A DNA stretch of 64,000 bases from Amphiscolops sp. MND2022 (taxonomy: Eukaryota). Location: positions 69,256,001 through 69,320,000 of the forward strand of contig OZ076409.1 in the NCBI GenBank assembly GCA_964187785.1, given 5' to 3'. The stretch's first letter is position 1; the number at the start of each line of letters is the position of its first letter. The notes below the pieces were generated by a model. That model was not told where the DNA came from, made no database searches, and saw only the letters and a program-made list of their open reading frames with translations. Made by a program: the position numbers and the translations under genes. Shown here one piece after another: positions 26,478 to 37,802 of the stretch.

Positions 26478-26500
26478 CTTGCTATAAGGGGATAATTTAA
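25913..26500 (+). CDS. Second copy of the LTR-encoded Gag-like N-terminal ORF
   Basis: Same protein as 15032-15619 with one L/I difference. Confidence 0.55.
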   Translation: MGNKRNRRSRRGQSPSLERELSASEIETSQGNETVIETLSNFENVGSVRDEEIALDSGTQNENEMQIWTQRITDKTNKEVTNLRKEMDEKLEKILKEMKNNRRTQSVPNRRYREQNTPRAGTSKYISNEDGEENASGPENQECEIQDNPFRPSNLNELRTPMQPLGIQNIDLNDSVVMNEDRTREDYHTCYKGII

Positions 26501-28006
26501 TGAAAATGAGACGTCTTTGTAAATCAGAAGTTCTCGGTCGGCTGCATTTGGGGAAGGAATTTTTTTACCTATTATCTCGATTCTTGATGATTTTATGCAA
26601 TTGATTTGAACGTTGTGGATGTTTTTATGGGTATAAGCATCCAAAACGCTCGAACATTTGTACACTTAGCTATTTATTAGACACTTTTATAAAACCTATA
26701 ATAGTTCTTCCCAATTCATTCTCAATTTTTCTACTATTCAGTAGTTTGTTAGTACCTTGTTTTAAACTTTAAAAATTTTTTTTAGTTAATCTCAAAACCA
26801 CGAACGCACCGACGACAAAACATTTAGAAATTTCCTATTCTTCATGAAAAAGTTTTTCAAACAGTGTCGCAATTAGAATCTTTGAAAGCTCCAAGAAAAC
26901 ATGATATCCAGCATGCTTTTTTGAAGATAAAGTTGAAAACACTGATCAAAATTTGACCTCCAGAAAAAAGTTTCTAACCTAAAACAAGCAGCTATCCTGA
27001 TCACTTATTTGGAAACACAATCTGAAAAGTATGCTGCCAAAATGACACGAAAATAGTCGCAATTTTCAAATTTTCAATTTTTTGCAATATTTCCAGAGTT
27101 TTAATTTTTTTTGAGAGTTAGAATATCTAAAAAGATCCAAAATGAATAATCGGCTTTTCGAGAGGCTTTTCCGAAGCGAATACTAATTAGTTTTTTGAAA
27201 AAGAGCCTCAAATTAACCACAAAAGTTCTGACGTTTTGAGACATTTCCTTTTTTGAAATTTGAAAGCCAATTTCTTCAGTTTGTCTGGTTTTGTACTGTT
27301 TCCGGACGTTTTGGACGTTTTCAAAGACAAGGTCGACAAAAACCTTGAAAGAAATTGAATGAATTTAGTGCCCTTCACGCTTTTAGCAAAAATTCTGATT
27401 TTTTTAAAGTACCCTCAAATGTTTATACCCTCAAAGACAAACTTTTAAACTATCTGCAAAAATGAAAATCTAACATAATCTTTTTATTGACAACTTCCGG
27501 CAATGTATGTAATCTTTTCAAACGTTGCAAGAGATTTCAATGCCTAATTTTCAATGCCTAAAATTTCAGAAACGGAGCAAAAAGACGTCTGGTACAATTT
27601 TAGGACAAGCTGAAAAAGCCTCAAAAAGGCATCGAAAAGATCTTTTGAAAATATTAAACAATATGTCGCATTTCGTTCAGTTTTCGAACAATTTCAAGGT
27701 TTAGAATATCAAGAGACTTTTTTGGTTGACACGAACTACCATACTTGCTTTTACAAAACGGAATTCGATTGTTTGTTCAGAAAGTACAATGATATCTAAC
27801 AAAAATTGAAAACGTGTATTTTTATAAAAACTTCTGGATAGTTCACTGCGTAAAACTACAAACAGTGTTTACAAATGAGCTGAGTATTTATGTAATACTC
27901 TTTACGACAAAAATCTTTTTCAAGAAGACCCCAATATTGCAAAAAAATCTAGAAAATATCAACTTTGCACTTTACAAACTCCAGCAAATTGAACAACAAA
28001 GGACCA

Positions 28007-28938
28007 TGTCGCGATTTTGTTCGCCTGTGTAAGAATCCACTGAACTCTCACTAGACATTCGTCTATAATTCTCCTGTGTAAAACACGTTTTGGGGCGGTT
28101 TTCCCGCGCTTGATGAGTATTTTCAACTTCGGGGTTCCGTTGTAGCCCACCGGCCCTTCGGACCACCATGGTGTAATTGCCTCTCCCCTGAAAATCTAGT
28201 GTATTTCGGATAGAAGGAAGTACTTTGTCAGCTATTGCTGTGGTAATTGCGTCTTGTATCTGAGAATTATTGCTAGATTTGATGTCATTGAGTTTCCTGG
28301 AAATTTGATTAGCAATTTCATCCTCAATCGTTCTAGTGTTCTTTATGGTCATCTCACTAATCTCTCTACTAATAGTATTTAGTAGTGATCTGTAAACCTC
28401 TCCTGTTAAATTAGAGTTGTTTTGTGGCCTACTGGACCCTGAATCTAAATTCAATTCATTTTTACTGTGATCATTTGTCTCATCATCCCTCGAATAACTG
28501 ACTAACAGTATATCGACGTTTTCCACATCAGACAACATGTCCAATTGATAAGAACGTCTTTCTTTAGCTCGTTGCTTTCTGGTAGACGGCATATGGAAAC
28601 TTGAAGTTTTCAACAGTCATTTAACAGAATAACGTGGGGTAACAAAGAGAGAAAGTATTGAGCAAGTATATCTCAGGTCAGTATCGCAAATTGTATGTTT
28701 CAATATTCATTTTAATTGTGTCCCTTCGGACACCAAGTAACTTATATTTATACTTAATTTTGCATGACTAGCTGAAACTGGGGTGTAATGTTACTATAAA
28801 TAGGTATTGCTTTCTCCCGAAATAGCTTTGACGAGTGACATCATGGTTACGTCATTAAGCTGCTCTGAAAAAAAGCATCAAAGGAACTCTGGGGGTAAGG
28901 CGGACTAGCCGTTATGTCCCAAATGAATTAGAATATGA
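28007..28938 (-). repeat. 3' LTR of element 2, inner ~690 bp deleted; contains Gag-like ORF 28592-27972
   Basis: Aligns with 35222-36220 with many substitutions and one ~69-bp indel. Confidence 0.85.
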
Positions 28939-31657
28939 ACGACGTGTCCCTACGACATGCTCGAGACTCTGATTCAGAGAGCCAGCCAACTGTCACTAGA
29001 TCCTCAACCCCCCCTAGTGGCAAAACTCCGAAGAAAAGCACCGGAAGGGGAAGTTCTCCCAGAAGTTTGTCCGGGGCACGGTATCGAGACTCAAGCTCTG
29101 GAGGCTACAGTGATACTGGTGGCGCGATTAGGAGCGATGATGATTCCGAAAGCATCAGATATTCTTCTGAGTATTCGAAGCATGATGCAATTACAGCTCC
29201 TTCACAAAAATCATCCCTTCCCGCTTGTAGCCAACAGGACCCTGGGTCTCCGAATGGTACTTTCAACGTGGACAGCCCTGGAGCCCAGACCCTTGCGTCT
29301 TTGAAACAGGAAGCTATGCAAGCCAAACGACAGCGTTCCAGGAACCAACAGGGACGGTTTACCACTTCCTCCGGTAAGGTCCCTAATACCACGAGAGAGT
29401 GTCGCGAACGTGCAAGATTATGATGGAGGAATACTTGAAAGGATTGGAATGGACCCACACCTTCGTCTGTGGCCCTGTGGATCCTAAGTGGAATCGTTAC
29501 AAATTCTACTGTCAAATTTGCAAAGCCAACATCTCTATTTATGCCAAGGGGGCTCGAGAAATCCTGAGGCACCATTCCTCCGAGAAGCACCTCCGCCAAG
29601 ACAAACGTTGGAGGTACGAGTATCGTTACAGAATAGACCCGGTCACGAACGTTCGCATTCCGAAGGTCAGAGGCCTGGACGGTAAGCTGTTCAGTTCCTT
29701 TCAAGCTCTACAGTTGCCAAAATTCAAGGATGCAGAAGTGGTGGACATCAGCGAAAAACTCCCATTTTATGATGAACTCATGTCTGGTGCAGACCATAGG
29801 TCATCTTCCTCTGAGAATCGTGCTCGAGTCCAACGATCAGTGCTAGGACGATTCCTTCTTCACTATGGGGACATTGACGTGCTGAGAAACTTACAAAGAC
29901 AATGCAGTCCAGAGCCTTCCTCAGTTTGAGAAATTACAACTTCAAGCACTGATGCACAAGAAGAGCTCAAGCGTGTTTGGGCGGATTGAATTCTTCTCTG
30001 TTCTCCGCTTCCCAGTGGTTTCCCTTGGAGCAGGCTTAGAGCTGGACTGGGTGTTGCTTTCCCCTGAACTGTCCAAGGTGATTGTGGCCTCTTATATAAT
30101 ATGGTGGCCTCATCTTAGGGACGTTTAGTAAGATTCCCTTGTTATTTTAGGCGATCAGGACGTGTCAGCTTGAACTGGTCAGTCTACTTTCCCTATGCCA
30201 AGAGCTTCTCAAAAACTGGACAAGAGTGACTGGTTACCTTCTCCAAAATTCCGCTACACAGGAGATCCAGGGCGTTCATAAGCTGGTACTAATTCTAGTT
30301 TGCTTATATGAATTTCACTTATCATCTAGTCTTTACGCCTCCTGGTCACCCTTAGTAATTTCCCATTTATGGGGTTTTGAAGACGGAACTCCACGTCTTT
30401 TCTTCTAGTCACTCAGGCTTCAGGTCATTCATGGTTGTGTTTCCGTTTCAGCCACAGAGCTTAGAGTGGTTTATGGTCTACGATGAGCTCTTCCCTACAC
30501 GGTTGGAGCTATTCTACCGCCTAGTCCACAATTACACCACGAGTTTTACACAGAACCTGAAGCAGCGTCGAGATCGTGGTTTCCATGTGTTCAGGGAATT
30601 GTGCGAATACCTGTTCAAACTGGGAAGGCGACGCATTCGGCCAGTCAACCTACCGGCTGAGAGCGACCATCAGGCAATTTTATCCCTTTCCATCCCCGAC
30701 GTCAAGACTCTGAGGTATCCGACTGTCTATCACGTTCGAAACTAGATACCAAACGCAACATAACATGTAAATCAAAAGCAGAAGCTGAGAATGGTAAAAA
30801 AAATGAAAGGATTGACTCTAGGAGAAATAACAGCAAAAAATTAGGAGAAGTTTGACCGCACAGCACGTACTTACGTGATTTTCTTGTTTAAAGGAGCTCA
30901 AGGACTCAATCGCTTTAGCTCGGACATCGTCAAAGGACTCGGGTCATTTGACCTTGATGTCATGCTTGTTGACCCCCTGGAGCGAGCTGACTATTGCTTT
31001 AGGCAGCTATTCACTAGCTTCCGACTCAGGGTATTGTTCCATGCTGATAAGGAATCGATCTACACTGAGGAGTACCTTTCCTTTTTGGATGCCATTCGAC
31101 ATGTTGGAATCCAGCAAACCAAACTGCTCATCACCGATGCGATAGATTTCATTTCTGGCCGAGAATCCTTAGGGTCTCGAACACATCTGCAGAGGATCTT
31201 TCGTCTTAGCTGCTTGTGTTTAGACGAGCATCGGTTATCCTTCTCTCCTGTCAAGTTTGGTTCGCACCATACTGATGTTCCCCAAAGTCCAATGTTCGAT
31301 GTTATCGCTCCCATCCAGTCTTACTTTATGTTTTTTGTGGATTGGACGTTTCCACTTCAGATTCTGCCCTTTCTTGTTAAAGTGTTGCTGGAGCAGTCAT
31401 TTGGAAATGCCGGTCTTAGTGACGACTATAGTCCCTGGGACAGCATTGATCACTTTGGCAGGGGACAGATCCGAGAAATTTTTGCTCTCATTGAGCCTAG
31501 AGGTGAGACCACTAGTAGGACCAGCAGGACTGAGAAGAGCATTGCCCAGAAGACCTTTCCAGTTCCAAAACCTAAAAAGCAACGCAGCTATTTACTGCCG
31601 GAGGAGGAGTTGACTGACTCAGCTCCGCGCCTAGTAGCCAGTTGCAGTAAAAATTAA
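28939..31657 (+). pseudogene. Spliced antisense accessory gene of element 2, homolog of 18363-22813
   Basis: Ser-rich segment; KFYCQICKANISIYAKGAREILRHHSSEKH finger; exon 30151-30285 (ELLKNWTRVTGYL); acceptor before 30452; SSDIVKGLGSFD...EEYLSFL...SRTHLQRIFRLSC. Confidence 0.68.
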
Positions 31658-31828
31658 TTAGACCATATGAACAATTGTATTTTAGTTTCTTCTTTTGTAC
31701 CATACGAACTCGTGTTTCTCGTGTTTAACTCTACGATTTGTTTTGAAATTCACTAGTTATTTGGTATTACAGTTAGTCTGTTCCCTCAGGAAATATTGTC
31801 AGAAAGGGGAAGATAATCTACTTGTTTG

Positions 31829-33560
31829 TTTAGAATCTGTATTCATCAGTGAAGTTGATGGTTGGGTTAGGTCGAAGGTTAAAATTTCCTCCCCTAGGGC
31901 TTTCGTTCTCTACAATCATATCATCGTTTTCATCGTCTGATATTTCGGGTACGATAGCATCGCTGCCTCCTGACGATTGTTGATCATCAATCCAGTCATT
32001 CTTGCGTTGTGAGCGTGTATTTGCAGTCAGATAAAAATTTTCATTTTCATGTGACCTGAAGTTGTTGATGAGTTGTTCGGCATCATTAGCAGCTATACCG
32101 ATGTCATCAACGTTTGGCGCACGTTGATCTGATTTTATGACCTTGTCTGATTACTCGCGTATGAAGCTAGAAAAGGCTGAAAGAACACGACTAAGGCTTT
32201 GTGCGATAGGCGAACGTTCTGCTAGCGAAGTTGAATGCAAGCATTTCAAAGGACCGTTGGTCGACCATTTGCAAACAGTGGTAGGCTTGTGAACAGTCCA
32301 ATTTGCAAAAGAGTTTTTTGCCTGCCATGTGTTGGCCAGCGTCAGTCAAGGTACTGACAGGATGATTGTTGTTGATGTAGTCATCGGAGATCAAGTTATT
32401 GTTTTCCGCAAGTCGACTAAGATTCGCAAATTACTATTTGGTTTCTTTTGGGCAAATACTGGCTTGCATATTTGGTGAACGGGAGTATTGTTATTATCCC
32501 ATATCTATAGAGAAATGCCAATTCCACGAGGATGCCCCCTTTGAGGTTAATCGACGTCGGTAGGCTTTGACTTGGGAATTGACCTTTGGAGTTACTTTCA
32601 CTTTGAACTCTTCGTTCATGCCAATGTCGAAGGGGTGTCTGGCAAAGATATCATGAAATTCAACCAATAGGTCTTCTATGCGAGTGATTCGTCTTGTTGG
32701 AGGCCACTCGAAATTGGTCAAAAAGTGTCGTCGGGGCAGAGGGCCTCAGTTTTTGTAGATTTGATCAAGCTACTTGCATAGTGAGCAGCGTTCTGAGGAT
32801 GATCTAGGTTTGAAATATTTCATCTGTTCCGGAGTTAGGACAGTGAAATGTGCAACTTGTGTACCCCTTTTGAGAGTATAGAGGCTGTCAGTGAAGTTGT
32901 TCAGATGAACCGATTTTTGACCATTGGTCAGGGTGATTAGAGCAGCACAAAAGGCAACATCGCCATCATCGGTGAGTGTGTTGCTCGGCTGAAGTATGCC
33001 AGTAACTGTAGTGTCTTCATACAGCTGTGAGGCCTAAGGACTAGATGTCGATCATTAGGTGGGATGGTGACATCCTCCCTAATGCAGATGGGTTCCATGA
33101 CATTGGTGTTCTTGTGGTCCGCCGTTTTCAGCTGCATTGAGAAAAAGGGGAATATTAGGACACCTTGTCTCATGTCCAGAATGGTATTATTTAGTTGGAG
33201 GAATGAACGGCCAATCAATGGATTAGTAAGTTTTTCCGTGACTATGAATATTTCGTGGAAATCTATGTCGCCGACTTCAACTTTCAACTCGACTGTGCTC
33301 TTCGGAGTTTTCAGCTGTCAGTTACCAACCATGATTTGGAAGTTGGGTGCTGGGTCTTCTTTTATTATAGACTGAGGGGCTAATAATAGGATTTTACGTA
33401 GATCAGCTTCTGAGATTGCGCTAGATAGTGCTCCCGTGTCTACAAGGCAATCGAAAGTTAGTTCGGCGAAATCCATTGGAACGTAGAGCAAGCGTTGCTT
33501 GTATTTGAGGCCAAGATTGGTTGTCAGCGGTACATAGTCTGGTTCCCCTGTTCTGGTGAC
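31829..33560 (-). pseudogene. pol: pol remnant: aspartic protease, RT N-terminal part, then integrase tail (RNase H and IN core deleted near 32045)
   Basis: LVDTGALSSAISE; LFCKLDCSQAYH...LAFNFASRTFAY...NVDDIGIA; tail NFNLRPNPTINFTDEYRF* resembles element 1 KYNLRPNPNLNFSD. Confidence 0.88.
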
Positions 33561-34199
33561 CAGGGTATTCACAAAACGTGGTGCAACGGCTGTAGCCAGA
33601 AGGACCTGTGGCCCTCCACGGTGAAACTCGTCGGCAGCTTCAGTGTGAGTCGATTGATGAGTGAGGTGTTGGCCATACTGCCATTGGTGAACTCGGGCCT
33701 TTGGAGGGACCATGTTCAGGGCTTAGTCGGTTTCATATGAATCCAGTTCAATGTCCTGAGCTGGTTGGTTATTATTGTTGTAAAAATATTGATGATGTTG
33801 ATTGTAGGAATTATCATCCCAGTAGTGGTCAAAACCATAGTCAGGGTCGGGATAATAGGGATTATAGTCATCAATTAGAGGTACGAGTCGTATACTGTAA
33901 GTATCGTTTTGTTGTCTGGTATACGTAGGGTCCGTAGTGTTTGAAAGAGTAGGCGGAGTCAGCATCTGCTGCTGCCAGTCCGCTGATGATGATTCTTTAT
34001 GTGTTGTAAAATATTCAGTGTAAAACACGTTTGAAGTGTCAGACATTACATATTGTCTGCCTCGAAGTTTTTCGTTGATTTGGAGTCGTGGCAAATCTAG
34101 TTTTTTGAGTTTTTCAGAAGAGAAGTTGTTTGTTTAATATTGGCGTCATTGTGATTTGTGGACGCCTCATCAGTTTCAAAATCTTCTAATTTGAGGATT

Positions 34200-35871
34200 T
34201 TAGGTTTGAGGTGGCCTCCAGCGCCTTTCCAACATCGCTCCGCCGGGTGGTTTGTTTTTTCACGAGTCGGACACTTTGGATAGTCTTTTTTGGTACTCTG
34301 GCCGTCATTGCGTTTTTGTTCTTCTTACTTTTTGAGTTTGCGACATTCGTTTTTTGTATGACTCAGTTTTTTGCAGTAATTTCAAGTTATTCCTGGCTCC
34401 ATGCCCGAAGAAAAAAGTCCTGTTCTCGGTCGTGTTGCTGTCGGGGCCGTTGACATTGTTGAAACAGGAATGTCGTCACTCTCCTCAAGTCCGTTCAATT
34501 CTAGTTCTCTTTCTAAATGGGCAACTATTTCCTCATAGGTGACGTTTTCGAGGCTAGCCATATTGACTGAGCGTTTCAGTTTTGGCGGCAGTTCGGCATA
34601 GAAGAGGCTATCAATCATTGCCTGGGCGTTCTCGCCAAACGCTTTTTCAGCCCCATGATTGAGTTCAAGGAAATCGGGGGAATCGGACAGTTTCATAGTG
34701 TTTAGGTCAAACACCAGTCTGTGCCATTTGCGTTTGGCGGTCGCCTGGCACTCAAATTTGACGTATTTCCTGCGAAATATGGCCAAAATGTCCTCCAATG
34801 TTTGCCTGTTTGCTGTATTGAGATTACCGAAAGTTTGTAGGGCTTTTTTCCGTAACAATGAATGAAATTGTTTATCATTGCTTCAGTCATATCAGGCTGC
34901 ATTTTGATCATTGTGTGAAAAAGGTCTTCAAAAAAATCGAATTTCCCGATTTGCCGTCAAACGTCAATGTAGTGGTGCTTACTGGGCGTATCATCAGGGT
35001 TTGTGCTGATGGACGGTTATGCATGCCGACCAATACTTCAGCAAGACAGTTGATGGTGTCTGAAGGGGTTGTATGGTTTGTATTCTCAAGGACTGGAGGA
35101 ACAGTGTCCTGAGACTCATCATTGAGAGAATCTTGGCGTTGCATCGGTTCACGGGATTGCATGGGCCGTCAAGTGAGGAGCTCAAGAACTGTATGTGGGG
35201 TAGGGTTGGCTCCTGTCACCAAGTCCCGATTTTGTTCGACTGTGTAAGAATCCACTGGACATTCGTCTCTCTCTAGACATTTGGCTATGATTCTCTTGTG
35301 TAAAACCCGTTTTGGGGCGGTTTTCCTCCGCTTGATGAGTATTTTCAACTTCGGGGTTCCGTTGTAGCCCACCGGCCCTTCGGTCCATCATGGTGTGATT
35401 AGTCACTCCTGGGCTCTCTTGAAACCCAGTGGACCACCGGTCCACACTGGTGTAATTGGTTCTCCCCTGCATACCTAGTGTATTTTGGATAGAAGGAATT
35501 ACTTTCTCAGCTATTGCTGTTGTAATTTCGTCTTGTATCTGAGAATTAATGGTAGATTTGATCTCATTGAGTTTCCTGGAAAATAGATTAGCAATTTCAT
35601 CCCCAATCGTCCCAGTAGTCTCTATGGTCATCTCACTATTCTCTCTCCTATTAGTATTTAGTAGTGATCTGAAATCATCTCCTGTTAGATTAGAGTTTTG
35701 TTGTGGCCTACTGGACCCTGAGTCCAAATTCAGTTTCTTTTCACTCTGATCGTTTCTCTCATCATCCCTTGAATAACTGCCTAACAATATATCAACGTTT
35801 TCCACAGCGGACAAAATGTCCAACTGCCTAGTGCGTCTTTCCTTAGCTCGTTGCTTCCTGGTAGACGGAAT
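34200..35871 (-). pseudogene. gag: gag remnant starting inside the 5' LTR
   Basis: ...PSTRKQRAKERR...EQNRDLVTGANP...TLTFDGKS..FEDLFHTMIKMQP...FRRKYVK...KWHRL...LPPKLKR...HLERELEL; several frameshifts. Confidence 0.8.
35204..35221 (-). promoter_or_regulatory. Putative primer-binding site
   Basis: TGGTGACAGGAGCCAACC directly follows the 5' LTR end; priming tRNA not identified. Confidence 0.55.
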
Positions 35872-36906
35872 ATGGAAACTTGAAGTTTTCAACAGTGATT
35901 TAACAGAATAACGTAGGGTAACAAAGAGAGAAAGTTTTGAGCAAGTATATCACGAATCAGTATTGCAAATTGTAGGTTTCAACATTCAATTAAATTGTGT
36001 CCATTGGGACTGCAAGTCACTGATATTTATACTTAATATTGCATGACTATCTAAAATTGTGGTGTCATGTTACTATAAATAGGTATTGCTTGTTCCCGGA
36101 ATAGCTTTGACGAGTGACATCATGGTAACGTCACTAAGCTGCTCTGAATAGAAATAGCATCAAAGGACATTTGGGGGTAAGGCGGACTAGCCTTTGTGTA
36201 CGAAATGAATTAAAATATGACATTGCATGACATCTAAATGCTGTGATGGACAATTTGTCAGTTAAAATACCTTTACGGTCTTAAAGTCCAAATGGCTGCA
36301 ACACAATATGTACAGATTCTCCATGGGTAAATAGCACCACGGCGGACCTTCGGTCCACATGGCTACAGCACAGAATACATAGTCATTGTAGTGAAATCAA
36401 ATAATACCACGGCGGTCTCACAGTCTGCGTGGCTACAGTAAATGTATATTAGTACTGCGTTGTGTTTAGCTGTTACTGCGTTGGAACGCGTGTACACCTA
36501 GCTACAGGAAACGATCATTTGAACTCGTTTCCTTCTTTGTGCTTACTTGTACGTTTTAATTTACACATTTAATCGCATTAAAATCCTGTAATTATACTAT
36601 CCTGTTTAATACTGTTTAATCTTAACAATCTACCACGTACAAACAGGTAATTCAAACACAGATGGGTAAATACATGAAATAGTATTCTCAAAGTAGTTTA
36701 CAAGCCGAAGAACTCGTGAATTAGATATAAAAGTTTGTTGTAGCTAAATCGACTAAGTGTCTTTTTTTGGTTGAAATGAGTTTTACTTTAGTAGTGAGTT
36801 GAACTGGTTGTAGACGGTTGTCCTCAGGGTCTATTACGGTTCATATGGGTAATACTCCAGGTGGTGGGTTAGGTGCGTTGTTTCCTGCCGGTTTTTGGCT
36901 GCGACA
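35222..36906 (-). repeat. 5' LTR of element 2 (1685 bp)
   Basis: Bounded by the TSD and the PBS; homologous to 28007-28938. Confidence 0.85.
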
Positions 36907-37802
36907 GACCACTAGACGTTTTCAGAACAGAACGTTGGAGCTTTGTTCAGAAAAAGTCTCAAGTAGTCTGCAAAGCCAACTTTCTTCCAATTTCAACCGT
37001 GTAGTTCAATTTCAGTATGTGTTTCGAACTTTTACGTTCGAATGAAGAATCACATCGGTCGAAGACACAATAGCTTCCTCTTAAGTTTTTTTCAAAGCTT
37101 AAAAGCTGAATATTTTTTGAATTAAACAAAGTGACTAATCAGGAGCCAAAAAACCCATTTTTGAACAATTGTCTCCGTTTTTATAGGATTAGCATGTTTT
37201 TGTAGTATGAATATTCACAGAGTTCAATAACAAAAGTTTGACATCAATACATATTTGAATTGGAGAAACATTCTTTCAGTGATTTCCAATGCAAGGGGTA
37301 AAATGAAATGATAAGTATTGAAGTTTTCGCACTCGAGCCTAAAGAACGTGCCTCGGTTTTATTTCGAGACGGAAAATTTCTCGAGACGGAATATATCCCG
37401 CTGCACAGCGGGCGTCTTGTTGATATCAATTTTGATAGTAACTTCTTATATGTTTTCTATCTACAAAGTACTCTGTCTGTTGACAAATTACAACGTTTCA
37501 AAAATTTTTGTTCAAAAGGTGCGTTTGATTTACGAGAAATTTTGCAGGAATGTGTGTTTGAAAATATGCACCCATTTTTAGCGTTTTAATCTGAATCGAG
37601 TAAAACATGAAATGAGAAGTACTAATAAATACTTACATTACGCATGCATTTTGAATTTCTGTTAAACTCTACAATTTTTTTCAACAGTCTGTTATTTGAT
37701 GTAAAATAATTGTCATCAATCAAAATGAATGTCACCGACGTGGTGTCCGTTTGAGTTCAAAGATTGGATTAAACTCTGATTTGTCAAAGTTTCCAACGTA
37801 TT

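Larger units (their letters stand above)
28007..36906 (-). mobile_element. Ty3/Gypsy LTR retrotransposon, element 2 (older, internally deleted)
   Basis: Termini TGTCGC...GCGACA, TSD GACCA (28002-28006 and 36907-36911), gag/PR/RT remnants on the minus strand. Confidence 0.9.
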
